Assembly: GCA_963718615.1 (NCBI GenBank)
Contig: OY970368.1
Coordinates: forward strand, 4,160,001 to 4,224,000
Source of the DNA: an uncultured cyanobacterium
Lineage (GTDB): Bacteria; Cyanobacteriota; Cyanobacteriia; PCC-9006; JAAUQQ01
DNA: 64,000 nucleotides
Direction: 5' to 3'
Position numbers and translations under genes: made by a program. Shown in pieces: positions 10,121-19,969 of the stretch. The notes below the pieces were generated by a model, which made no database searches, was not told the origin of the DNA, and saw only the letters and a program-made list of their open reading frames with translations. Within the stretch, counting starts at the first letter, position 1, and every line of letters starts with the position of its first letter.

Positions 10121-11058
10121 ACAGGGAGAACGGGGAGAACTGGAACTGGCAAGTGGCAAAGATTATGGTAAATCCTCAAGCAATGGCGGCTCCAACCCCT
10201 TCCGTTTCTGGGTGGCCGCGCAGGATGGCGATCGCCTGCACTCTCGTTCTGCTGACTATCCCCGCCCAAAGCCTCAGGCCAGCCCAAGCTCAAACCCAAA
10301 CCCAAACCCAAACCCAAACCCAAACCCAAGAGACCTCAACCCAGGAACGCTCCCAGAAACGCCCTCAGTCCAGATCATCCAGGAATTCTATCCTGCAACG
10401 CCTGAGGAATTTTGTCAGCAACAGGTCACGGCTTGGACCCACCTTGGCAGAAGACCTGGGCTTTAACGATGCCTTTGTTCCACCGGGAAATAAAGCCCCA
10501 AAATCGACGGAAAATGGCAGCGCCCGCGACGAACTTCACTGCAAGGCGGGTGAACCAACAATTACAGCACTGATGCCCAAGGGGAATTACGGACTCACCA
10601 CCCAGTCCCGGCCCATTCTTTTTGTGGCAGCCTCCCAGCTCTCAGCGCAACGGGTGGTTATTGCCTTTCAAACGGAAACGGGAGAGGATTATCGTCAGGC
10701 CATTTTGCCCCTGCCCCGTGGTGATTCAGCCGAAAATCCCTTAGCCCAGCCTCCCTCCGGTAAGAATTCCTCCAGGATTTTGCGGTTTCAACTGCCTGAA
10801 TCCCTGGGTCCACTGGCGGTGGGTCAAAACTACCGCTGGTCCCTGGCCTTTATCTGCGGCGACTATCTGGAGCCCAGCGATCCGATGCTTAGTGGCTGGG
10901 TGCAACATGTCGAAGTGAGCCCGCTCAAGCAACAGCTTAAGGAGGCGGACATCCCATCGCTCAGTCAACAGGGCTATTGGTACGACGTGCTTAAACTTTT
11001 GGATGAGCAACTTTTGGATGAGCAACTTTTGGATGAGCCAGGAAATTTAGCCCCATAA
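10117..11058 (+). CDS. DUF928-like protein (true start may be a later Met)
   Basis: Signal-like hydrophobic stretch; ITALMP..NYGLTT..RP.LFV, L.VGQNYRW, GWVQ, GYWYD motifs; ATGA overlap with the CHAT gene. Confidence 0.8.
   Translation: MNRENGENWNWQVAKIMVNPQAMAAPTPSVSGWPRRMAIACTLVLLTIPAQSLRPAQAQTQTQTQTQTQTQETSTQERSQKRPQSRSSRNSILQRLRNFVSNRSRLGPTLAEDLGFNDAFVPPGNKAPKSTENGSARDELHCKAGEPTITALMPKGNYGLTTQSRPILFVAASQLSAQRVVIAFQTETGEDYRQAILPLPRGDSAENPLAQPPSGKNSSRILRFQLPESLGPLAVGQNYRWSLAFICGDYLEPSDPMLSGWVQHVEVSPLKQQLKEADIPSLSQQGYWYDVLKLLDEQLLDEQLLDEPGNLAP
10291..10329 (+). repeat. (CAAACC)6+ in-frame hexamer tandem repeat (Gln-Thr)
   Basis: Read directly; encodes QTQTQTQTQTQTQ. Confidence 0.95.
10994..11038 (+). 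repeat. 15-bp tandem repeat x3 (AACTTTTGGATGAGC)
   Basis: Encodes LLDEQ/LLDEP repeats at the DUF928 C-terminus. Confidence 0.9.
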
Positions 11059-11258
11059 AGCTTGGTTCACTGGTGTTTGCCCATGTTTCCGCCCATGCCC
11101 AATCCTGCATCCAAGTCACCGCTTCCCGAAGGTCAAACGGTTGGGAGGGTATTATCCGGGATAATCTGAGTTTGGAAGAGTACCCATAGCAATCCTGAAG
11201 AGTGATATCGATTTGATTCGGATTGAGACCCTCGCTCTGTTTCTTGAACAACTCACTC

Positions 11259-11290
11259 AAAAAAACCGAAGGCAACAAGCTGCCTTCGGT
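11259..11290 (-). terminator. Intrinsic terminator of the adhesin gene
   Basis: Perfect 10-bp stem ACCGAAGGCA/TGCCTTCGGT, 6-nt loop, followed by a T-run on the minus strand. Confidence 0.75.
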
Positions 11291-11351
11291 CCTGAATTCA
11301 GAATTTCTCTGAAATGAGCTGGGATTGCATCAATAGAAGATGCTGTGCGGT

Positions 11352-14300
11352 CTAACCAATGAACTGGAAGCTGGAGCTTGCTAAGTTCAAGTTGGTATTG
11401 CCCTCAAAGACGGCGATCGCATCCCGACTCTTACCGGCACTATCACTCAAACAATAGAGGGTAGTAGAACCCAGTCCTGGGTGAACCTCCAGGCTGTACT
11501 GACTGGCAGGGCCATGGAGAACCGCAACATCTTCACCCACGGAGAAGTCCTTGATGACGGCAAAGCCACCCCATTCATCACCGAAGTAGTAGGAGGTATC
11601 GTTGTTGGTGAGGATGAAGCGATCGCGACCGGCACCGCCAGTTAGCGTATCAACTTCAAACCGGCCTAGCGTCAGATCATTGGTACCATTGACTGTGTCG
11701 TCACCAGCGCCACCCAGCAAGTGGTCATTGCCAGCTCCGCCGCTGAGGTGGTCGTTGCCCCCCAGACCTTCCAGTTTGTCATTGCCACCCAAGCCAAAGA
11801 TGGAGTCAGCTCCATCCGTACCCTTGAGGGGCCAATCGGCTCTCTCAGTGCCAAAGATCTCATTCTTGCCACCGCCCTGCAGTTTCACAATCCCTGCATC
11901 CACAGCGCTATTGAACTCAGCCGGAGCCAAGGCAATCACACCTGTCATGCCAGAAACGGGATCTGCATCAGAATCCAGTGCTTCGTTGCTCCCCACATTA
12001 GCGGCAGTCAAACCAAAACCGGGTGCCACTTGGCTAAAAGTCACTTTGTAGTTACCAGCAGCCAAGTTACTAAAGCCGTAGTAGCCATTATCACCGACCA
12101 CTTGACTACCCACCTTAACATCATCGCCAGTACCAATGACGCCGTCTTGACCTCCACCTGTCAGAGTCACGCGCACGCCGCCAAAGCCACCTTCGCCATT
12201 GTCATGAATTCCATTGGCATTGGCATCAAAGAAAACGCGGTTGCCAATAAAACCCGTTTTGGGATCAACCAGTGCATTAACAGACACCTGCACCTGAGCA
12301 GTATCTTCGCCACCGTTACCGTCATTGACGTGGTAAGAGAAGACCTCGTTACCCACAAAGCCAGCATTGGGAGCAAAGCTTAGTTGACCATTGGGTCGCA
12401 GCGTCACAGCACCATTGGCCGTAGCAACCGTTTGTCCTGGAGCAATGGGCCGACCATTCAAAGAGGTGATGGACAGAGGGTCTCCGTTCGGGTCGGTATC
12501 GTTCGCGAGGGCGTTGATCGTGACGGGCGTTCCAACGGTGGTGCTGGCGCTGTCGTTGACCGCATTGGGGGCCTGGTTACGGTTGACTTCCACCAAACCC
12601 GCATCAACGGAACTGAGAGATTGCCCCGGAGCCAGGTTAATGATTCCTGTTACACCAGTGGTGGGATCCGCATCGGAGTCAATGTTGTTGTTGATGCCTA
12701 CCTTGGCTGCGGTAAAGCTTAGACCATTGGGTAGCTGACTAAAGCCAACTTTGTACTGATCTGCCCCTAGGCTACCGAAACCGTAGAAACCTCCATTGCC
12801 CGTGGTTTGGGTGCGCACTACATCGTCGCTGCTGCCAAAGGCACCGTCTGATCCTGCCCCGACTAGAGTGACTCGTACGCCATCTACACCGCCTTCACCG
12901 TTATCTTGAACACCATTTTGGTTGGCATCAAAGAAAACACGGTTGCCGATAAAACCGGTCTTAGGATCGACAGGAGCATTCACCCTTACTTGGACTTGAG
13001 CCGTATCTTCGCCACCGCGCCCATCATTGGCATGGTAGGAGAAGGTTTCTGTGCCAGTGAAACCAGCATTCGGTGCAAAACTCAGTTGCCCATTGGGTTG
13101 CAGCGTCACGGAACCATTAGCGGTCGGAACTGTTTGTCCTGGTGCAATCGACTGACCATTCAAAGAAGTAATCGCCAGTGGGTCACCATTGGGGTCTGTG
13201 TCATTGCCGAGGGCATTGATCGTGACGGGTGTTCCAACGGTGGTGCTAGCGGTATCATTGACCGCATCAGGTGCTTGATTGCGGTTAACGGCCACCACCC
13301 CCGCATCAACGGAGCTGAGGGATTGTCCCGGAACCAGGTTAATGTTGGCGGTCATACCGTTGGCTGGATTGGCATCGGAATCACGAGCTTCGTCACCACC
13401 CACATCAGGAGTTGTAAAGGCACGGTCAGCAGGAAGGTTGCTGAAGGTAACCTTGTAGGTGTCAGCCGCGAGGTTGTTGAAACCATAGAAGCCACCATCA
13501 GCCGTCACTTGGCTGCCAACAGTGACATCATCGAAAGTGCCGATTGTACCGTCTTGTCCAGCACTGGTTAGGGTGACACGAATGCCAGCAGCACCTCCTT
13601 CGCCGTTGTCTTGAACACCATTTTGGTTGGCATCGAAGAAGACACGGTTGCCGATAAAACCCGTCTTGGGGTCAACCGGTGCATTAATAGACACCTGCAC
13701 CTGGGCAGTATCTTCGCCCCCCTTACCATCGTTGACATGGTAGGAAAAGACTTCATTGCCCACAAAACCAGTATTGGGGGCAAAACTCAGTTGACCATTG
13801 GGCTGCAGCGTCACAGAACCATTAGCTGTAGCAACCGTTTGTCCCGGTGCGATGGGCCGACCATTGAGAGACGTGATGGACAGCAGGTCTCCGTTGGGGT
13901 CGCTATCGTTCGCTAGGACATTGATCGTGACGGGAGTTCCAACCGTGGTGCTCGCAGTATCGTTGTTGGCATTAGGAGCCTGGTTAGGGCGAGGTGCAAC
14001 AGCAACCTCAACCTGAGCTGTATCTTCGCCTCCATTACCATCACTCACATGGTAAGAAAAGTTTGCGCTACCTACAAAGCCTGGGTTGGGGGTGAAACCC
14101 AGTTGACCATTAGCTTGTAAAGTCACAGATCCATTTGCAGTTGCAATGGTTTGTCCTGGTGCAATGGGTTGACCATTGAGGGATGTGATAACTAAGGCAT
14201 CACCATCAGGATCACTATCATTACCCAGGACATTGATGCTGACAGATTGACCGGAGATAACGGTAGCCAAATCATTCTGAGCGTTCGGAGCCTCCTGTAC

Positions 14301-14645
14301 ATTCTTAACCTTGACAGACAGAAGCTGGCTATCGGTATACCCTGCAGCATCCTTAACCTGAATTTTTACGTCATAGATGCTATCCCGAGAAATAGCATCA
14401 CGGGGATTCTCAAAGTCTGGAGCCTGTTTAAAGAAAAGTTGACCATTGCGCGCATCAATTTCAAAAAGATGGGCATCGGCCCCACCAACAATACTATATC
14501 TCAAGCGTCCATTGGCCTCGGTACTAACAGCGCCAGAGGTTTCCACATCGGTCACGAAACGGGTATTTTCGTTGACGTCAACATGGGCCTTATCACCACC
14601 GCCATTACTCTTAATGACGGGCTTATTATTCCAAAAAAAAGTCAT
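11352..14645 (-). CDS. RTX-type surface adhesin: cadherin + 4 Ig-like (Big_9/tandem-95) + 3 SdrD B-like domains + RTX repeats
   Basis: NENT..V, PDFENP.D cadherin motifs; P.A.ND...INVL.ND.D.GD Ig repeats; IGNRVFFDAN.NG.QD.GE.G...DSDA...VDAG SdrD-B repeats; GGxGNDxL nonapeptides. ATG at 14645 preferred over TTG at 14735. Confidence 0.85.
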   Translation of the reverse strand: MTFFWNNKPVIKSNGGGDKAHVDVNENTRFVTDVETSGAVSTEANGRLRYSIVGGADAHLFEIDARNGQLFFKQAPDFENPRDAISRDSIYDVKIQVKDAAGYTDSQLLSVKVKNVQEAPNAQNDLATVISGQSVSINVLGNDSDPDGDALVITSLNGQPIAPGQTIATANGSVTLQANGQLGFTPNPGFVGSANFSYHVSDGNGGEDTAQVEVAVAPRPNQAPNANNDTASTTVGTPVTINVLANDSDPNGDLLSITSLNGRPIAPGQTVATANGSVTLQPNGQLSFAPNTGFVGNEVFSYHVNDGKGGEDTAQVQVSINAPVDPKTGFIGNRVFFDANQNGVQDNGEGGAAGIRVTLTSAGQDGTIGTFDDVTVGSQVTADGGFYGFNNLAADTYKVTFSNLPADRAFTTPDVGGDEARDSDANPANGMTANINLVPGQSLSSVDAGVVAVNRNQAPDAVNDTASTTVGTPVTINALGNDTDPNGDPLAITSLNGQSIAPGQTVPTANGSVTLQPNGQLSFAPNAGFTGTETFSYHANDGRGGEDTAQVQVRVNAPVDPKTGFIGNRVFFDANQNGVQDNGEGGVDGVRVTLVGAGSDGAFGSSDDVVRTQTTGNGGFYGFGSLGADQYKVGFSQLPNGLSFTAAKVGINNNIDSDADPTTGVTGIINLAPGQSLSSVDAGLVEVNRNQAPNAVNDSASTTVGTPVTINALANDTDPNGDPLSITSLNGRPIAPGQTVATANGAVTLRPNGQLSFAPNAGFVGNEVFSYHVNDGNGGEDTAQVQVSVNALVDPKTGFIGNRVFFDANANGIHDNGEGGFGGVRVTLTGGGQDGVIGTGDDVKVGSQVVGDNGYYGFSNLAAGNYKVTFSQVAPGFGLTAANVGSNEALDSDADPVSGMTGVIALAPAEFNSAVDAGIVKLQGGGKNEIFGTERADWPLKGTDGADSIFGLGGNDKLEGLGGNDHLSGGAGNDHLLGGAGDDTVNGTNDLTLGRFEVDTLTGGAGRDRFILTNNDTSYYFGDEWGGFAVIKDFSVGEDVAVLHGPASQYSLEVHPGLGSTTLYCLSDSAGKSRDAIAVFEGNTNLNLASSSFQFIG
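11890..13985 (-). repeat. Three ~700-bp intragenic [Ig + SdrD-B] units
   Basis: Units start (NQAP) at 13985, 13280 and 12578; clearly homologous at DNA and protein level. Confidence 0.9.
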
Positions 14646-16291
14646 AGCAAATAGTCCTAACCAGAGAACATTGACAACGCACCGAATAAGCCCATAACCC
14701 AACTCACGCACTACAAAAATCCTACAAAGATTCAACTCTCAGCTTTCGGGAGGTAGGTTAAATGTAATTTTGGGATTTGCGATCGCCATACCAAAGACAA
14801 TCCAAATCACCGACAAGAGATGCAAGCAATTACTGATGCGATATTGAAATCGTACCAGACAAACTCAGCTTGTCAAATTCACCATCCTCCTTTTCAAGAA
14901 GCCATGAATTTGAATGAAAGAACACCTAAACCCCCAAAAACAAAGGAGTTTACAATCCAGACAAAAATTCATTTTTGACGAAAAATTACTTCACAGAAAA
15001 TCTTTTTATAACACTTTAATTAAGTTTCACATTAGCCACAAAAGCTCTAAATAGCATCAAGAATACTTGATACTTTCTGGTAATCAATTGTATTCTTTTG
15101 TGCCCATCGATCACACAATTCAGACAACATCGCTCTAGCACGAGAATTAAAAAAAGACATTGAAATTTACGCCAATGGCCAAGCAAGAGAGAAAAGAATG
15201 CTGTCTTGGCAGTCGACATCCAACACAAAAAAGCTAGGGCAAAGAGTGAAGAAAAAATTTTGATATAAACCCCAAGCAGCAGATCCGGACTGTTAGTTGA
15301 CCCTATTATTTGCTATTGCCGCCGTTGCTTTTAAGGCATAAATAATAGACTGATTGACAAGCTTTATTTGAGGATTGCTTTTCTTGACTATCCCTTAAAG
15401 GCAAACAAGCCATGACTGATTTTTTAATTATTCAACTTCAATCTCTAATCCCAACAGACATCCTCTTGGAGAACTTATACATCTTACAAACATAAAAAAC
15501 AGCGATTCAAATATAGAGTTTCAAAAATACGAAAGAAATCGAATGGTTTTCTCTTTCTATTTTTATCTTGTGCCGTGGACTCAGTATTGCGTGGCTTCAA
15601 AAAACTTCAATCTTATCAACCTAAATCATTCCCATCGGATGTGATCGGAAGAGAAGAAGCGGAACAGAAGCAAATACTCCTAGCTCACTGAAACGAGGGA
15701 ACCATAGTGCCTGGAAGCTCGTGAATCAGAGCTCGTGAAACAGCAGCAGATTACAACTTACTTTCACCTTAGGATCAATTCTGACTGCATTATTGCTCTA
15801 AATTTGTAGGCATCTGGATATAAGATAGATGAGTATACGCAGAAGCACTGTATACTTTTGTGGCCAGTATTGTGTTTTTTGAGGAACGGCATAGTCTGAC
15901 CGTTGAACGCGCTCAGGCTAGGAACAGGGAGTCTCACCCCTTTGGGAAAGTAAATGAGTAGCCGACAGCGCTCAATGATTTCTAGAAATATTAAGTCTAA
16001 AAAATACAGAATAAAACTTTAATCCACGTTCAAGCAAAACGACTGGTTTTTGGACCTTAATTATGCTTTAAGCATGGATCAAATTGCCTCTTGGCGTTTT
16101 TAGAGGGCTGTTTTACGATGCAAGGGCTTGCCCAAAAGAAACATTTAAAAATCAAAAACCCAATAGATTTTCAACAGTTTTTACGGATTTTTCTGGCCAC
16201 TAAAGCACCACTAAAGCAGCACCCAAGCGATAGCTCTGCGCAACAGAGTAGATCTCTGCATTTTTGTACGTACAGGAGATATTGAACCAAG

Positions 16292-18139
16292 ATGGTACCC
16301 TTGACTTTGACAACGGTTCCCTGCGAAGTGAAAGATCTAATTGATCTCACAACTTTTCGTGCAGCGAATACACCAGATAAGTTGGCCTATCGTTTTCTGG
16401 AGAACGGAGAGACCCTAGAGACCACTCTGACCTATGCTGAATTGGATCAGCGGGCTCGGGCGATCGCAGCTTGTCTTCAGGATCTTCAGCTCTACCAAAA
16501 ACCTGTACTGTTACTCTATCCCCCTGGATTGGAGTACATCTGCGCCTTTTTGGGATGTCTGTATGCGGGGGCGATCGCGGTTCCAGCCCCTCCGCCTCAA
16601 CGCAACCAAAATCTCAGCCGATTGCAATTCATTGCACACAATTGTCGAGCGAACACCTTGCTGACCAATGAGGCTGTTTGGCGTAAACTCCAAAATAATC
16701 CAACGATCCACACCGTTCTCAATCAGCTCAATCTGTACGGGGTGGTTACGGATGAGCTTGAATCCGCCACCGCCCACCTCTGGTCCAGACCGGACATTCA
16801 GCCCGAGGACATTGCCTTTTTACAATACACCTCAGGCTCAACTGGAGATCCAAAAGGGGTCATGATTAGCCATCGAAATATTTTACAAAATTCCGAATCC
16901 ATCTATCGCTTCTTTGGACATTCCAATCAAAGTCATACCCTGAGCTGGCTGCCTCCGTACGATAGTATGGGTCTTGTCGGCAGTATTTTGCAACCGCTCT
17001 ACGGCGAGTTCCCCAGCACACTATTTCCCCCCATCTACTTCCTGCGGAATCCTCTGCGCTGGTTGCGAGCGATCTCTCGATACGGAGCCACGACCAGCGG
17101 CGGACCCAACTTTGCCTACGAGCTTTGTCTCAAAACAGCAAAATCAGAGGATTTAGAAAACCTGAATTTGAGCCATTGGGCGGTTGCATTCAACGGGTCT
17201 GAACCGGTTCGCCCTCAAACCCTAGAGCGTTTTGCACGAACCTTTTTGTCCTGCGGTTTCCGGCCCGAAGCCTTCAACTCTTGCTATGGCATGGCGGAGT
17301 CTACGCTGATGCTTACAGGCGGAGAGCTTCAGACCCTCCCAACCCTCTGTCATCTGGACAGTGCTGCGCTGGAACGAGGAAAAGTAGTCGTAAAAACCCG
17401 CCCCAACGTCGGGAGTCGCACCTTGGTCAGTTCCGGTTTCCCCCAAACCCACGGAAAACTGCTGATTGTAAATCCACAGTCTGAAGAGGTCTGCCCTGAG
17501 GGTACTGTGGGAGAAATTTGGGTCGCAGAGTCAAGTATTGCCCAGGGCTATTGGGGGCGTCCGGAACAAACCCAGGCAGTCTTTCAGGCTTGGCCCTCGA
17601 AGGAGAAGAAAGGTCCCTTTTTACGTACAGGAGATTTAGGCTTCCTGTGGAAAAATGAGCTGTACGTCACAGGGCGTCTGAAGGACTTAATTGTTATCCG
17701 GGGACAAAATTACTATCCCCAAGACATTGAACTCACCACCGAACAAAGTCATCCCAGTTTGGCGGCTGGGGCGGGTGCTGCGTTTAGTGTGACCGATGTT
17801 CAAGGCGAAGAACATTTGATCATTCTGCAGGAGGTGGAGCGTTCGTTCGTCCGTCATATCGATGATAAAGCAGTTATTGCGGCAATTACTCAAACCGTAG
17901 GACGTGAGCATAACCTTCAGATCTATGCGGTTGCTCTCCTTAAACCGGGAACCCTTCCAAAAACCTTCAGCGGAAAAATTTGTCGTCGGGCTTCACGTCT
18001 AGCTTTTCTTGCAGGCAATCTTCCGATTATTAATGATTGGAGTGAAAATCCCCGTATCAAACGTCAGTTTCAATCACTACAAGCCGATATGGACAAACTG
18101 CTGGCCCAACTGGCTAAAGTCTATGCGGTTAAAGTCTAA
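16292..18139 (+). CDS. Stand-alone fatty acyl-AMP ligase (FAAL)
   Basis: FLQYTSGSTGDPKGV, SGGPNFAY, YGMAEST, FAAL-type insertion (LDSAALERGKV), RTGDLGF, GRLKDLI..RGQNYYPQDIE, PKTFSGK; no fused ACP. Confidence 0.88.
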   Translation: MVPLTLTTVPCEVKDLIDLTTFRAANTPDKLAYRFLENGETLETTLTYAELDQRARAIAACLQDLQLYQKPVLLLYPPGLEYICAFLGCLYAGAIAVPAPPPQRNQNLSRLQFIAHNCRANTLLTNEAVWRKLQNNPTIHTVLNQLNLYGVVTDELESATAHLWSRPDIQPEDIAFLQYTSGSTGDPKGVMISHRNILQNSESIYRFFGHSNQSHTLSWLPPYDSMGLVGSILQPLYGEFPSTLFPPIYFLRNPLRWLRAISRYGATTSGGPNFAYELCLKTAKSEDLENLNLSHWAVAFNGSEPVRPQTLERFARTFLSCGFRPEAFNSCYGMAESTLMLTGGELQTLPTLCHLDSAALERGKVVVKTRPNVGSRTLVSSGFPQTHGKLLIVNPQSEEVCPEGTVGEIWVAESSIAQGYWGRPEQTQAVFQAWPSKEKKGPFLRTGDLGFLWKNELYVTGRLKDLIVIRGQNYYPQDIELTTEQSHPSLAAGAGAAFSVTDVQGEEHLIILQEVERSFVRHIDDKAVIAAITQTVGREHNLQIYAVALLKPGTLPKTFSGKICRRASRLAFLAGNLPIINDWSENPRIKRQFQSLQADMDKLLAQLAKVYAVKV

Positions 18140-18383
18140 ATAATGCTCCTGATTCTAGAATCTATGGTAACTTTTGAAGTAACATTGTTCCTGGGCTGAC
18201 CCTTGAGCACAAAACTCAACCCAAGCCAAAGGAATATGAAAAGTTATGCGAAGTTGCCGGATAGATAGCTCTCCCTGGGAATTCTGGAATGAGTCAGTTG
18301 CCACAATATCAACCTGTGCCCGGTTCCTTAAAAACCTCTGCCTGGTTGTCTGAATCCTGATTATTCCTGAAATCACGACGGCC

Positions 18384-19964
18384 TTGAGCCAACGTCTTCG
18401 GGGAATATGGTGCATCCACCGTTTCCCAGTGAATGTCAGCTCAAGAGGGTTCTCTGTGCACAGTCAGTCCTTATCTAATCATCCCACCTCATCACCTGCA
18501 CTGGCAGGTCTATCCGGTTGGCCCACTCATATTCAGCCCCTGTCCCCCAGACAAGAGGAAGAATATGGAGCCGCCCTCAATTTTCTCTTAAATCTTCATA
18601 CTCCAGGCAGTCTGACAACGGTTCAAACTGCCATTTTCTACCATTGCTGGCTGGGCTTAACCTATCAGGAAATTGCCGAAGAACTGGGCTACGACGCTAG
18701 CTACATTCGCAAAAATGGGTCGCAGTTGTGGCGTTTTCTCTCAGAGCAATTGGGTGAGGAGGTCAAAAAAAGCAATTTTAAGGTCATCATCCAACGACAA
18801 CTGATCCAACCGACAGCGAGTCCATTCAACTCCCCTGGAACCGCTCCCTCTACCCGAATGCTGAGCCCCATTAATCCCTCTGCAAAACTGGTCTCTATCG
18901 CTACACAATCAACGACTCACTCCATTGCTACCGTTCATTCCAATACAGCATCCACAAGGTCTGCGGATGGCGTATCAGACTACTATCAGGAGCGGCCTCC
19001 TATTGAACATCGCTGTTGTGAAACCCTAATGAAGGAGGGCTCACTGATTCGCATTAAAGCTGCGGCCCAGATGGGCAAAACGGCGTTAATGAATCAAATT
19101 TTACAATATGCCCATCAGCAACAGTTTCAAACTGTTACGCTCAGTTTTCGGTTGGCCAGTGATTCGGTTCTTTCCAGTGTCGATCGTTTCTTTCGTTGGT
19201 TCTGTGCTACCGTGGGCCATCAGCTAGATTGCCCTAATCAGGTCGAGTCTGAATGGGATGATATTTTTGGAGAAAGTTACAACTGTACGCATTATTTTGA
19301 GACCCATTTACTTCAGAGAGATGCCTCTGCCATGGTTCTGGCCTTAGATGATGTAGATCGATTGTTTCAATATCCGGCGGTAGCCACAAATTTCTTCCAA
19401 CTGTTACGAGCTTGGCACGAGAAGGCCAAACACGGCGGTGGCAGCGGTGAAGTCTGGAAAAAGCTTCGTTTAATCATCGTCCATTCCACAGAGGTCTATC
19501 TTCCTCTCCATCACCATCAATCTCCTTTTAATATTGGACTTTCTATCAAACTACCTGAATTTACCGAGCTACAAGTTCAACAATTGGGTCAAGCCTATGG
19601 CTTGGAGCTTCCGCTCCATCAGGTTCATCAATGGGTTAACTTAGTGGGCGGTCATCCTGGTCTTGTGGAGTTAACGCTGGAATGGTTGCAACAGGAAAAC
19701 GCATCGTTGGAGCAGGTTCTGAGTAATGTTATGGAACCAGAGGGGCTTTACTACGACTATTTGCAACGACAACTGCGATCGCTACAACAATACCCAGATT
19801 TGATGCCGTTGGTCCAAGAGATCATGACCGCAGATGCCCCAGTCACGGTCGAAATCCTCCAGGCATTTCGGCTAGAGAGCCTCGGACTCGTGAAGCTTCA
19901 GGGCCATCGGGCCGTTCCCAATAGTGAACTTTATCGACAATATTTCAGGAAAGTGTTGGGCTAA
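18384..19964 (+). CDS. HTH + AAA-like (AAA_35-type) ATPase; start uncertain
   Basis: N-terminal [20 protein letters not shown]...GSQLW..LS..LG; YQERPPIE; [13 protein letters not shown]; LALDDVD; HSTEVY; SPFNIG; GGHP. Confidence 0.82.
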   Translation: MSQRLRGIWCIHRFPVNVSSRGFSVHSQSLSNHPTSSPALAGLSGWPTHIQPLSPRQEEEYGAALNFLLNLHTPGSLTTVQTAIFYHCWLGLTYQEIAEELGYDASYIRKNGSQLWRFLSEQLGEEVKKSNFKVIIQRQLIQPTASPFNSPGTAPSTRMLSPINPSAKLVSIATQSTTHSIATVHSNTASTRSADGVSDYYQERPPIEHRCCETLMKEGSLIRIKAAAQMGKTALMNQILQYAHQQQFQTVTLSFRLASDSVLSSVDRFFRWFCATVGHQLDCPNQVESEWDDIFGESYNCTHYFETHLLQRDASAMVLALDDVDRLFQYPAVATNFFQLLRAWHEKAKHGGGSGEVWKKLRLIIVHSTEVYLPLHHHQSPFNIGLSIKLPEFTELQVQQLGQAYGLELPLHQVHQWVNLVGGHPGLVELTLEWLQQENASLEQVLSNVMEPEGLYYDYLQRQLRSLQQYPDLMPLVQEIMTADAPVTVEILQAFRLESLGLVKLQGHRAVPNSELYRQYFRKVLG

Positions 19965-19969
19965 GACAA

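Noticed and set aside
15880-15980. Riboswitch-like GC-richer stretch upstream of the FAAL
   Set aside because: Could not match c-di-AMP, c-di-GMP, SAM or cobalamin consensus by eye; needs an Infernal scan
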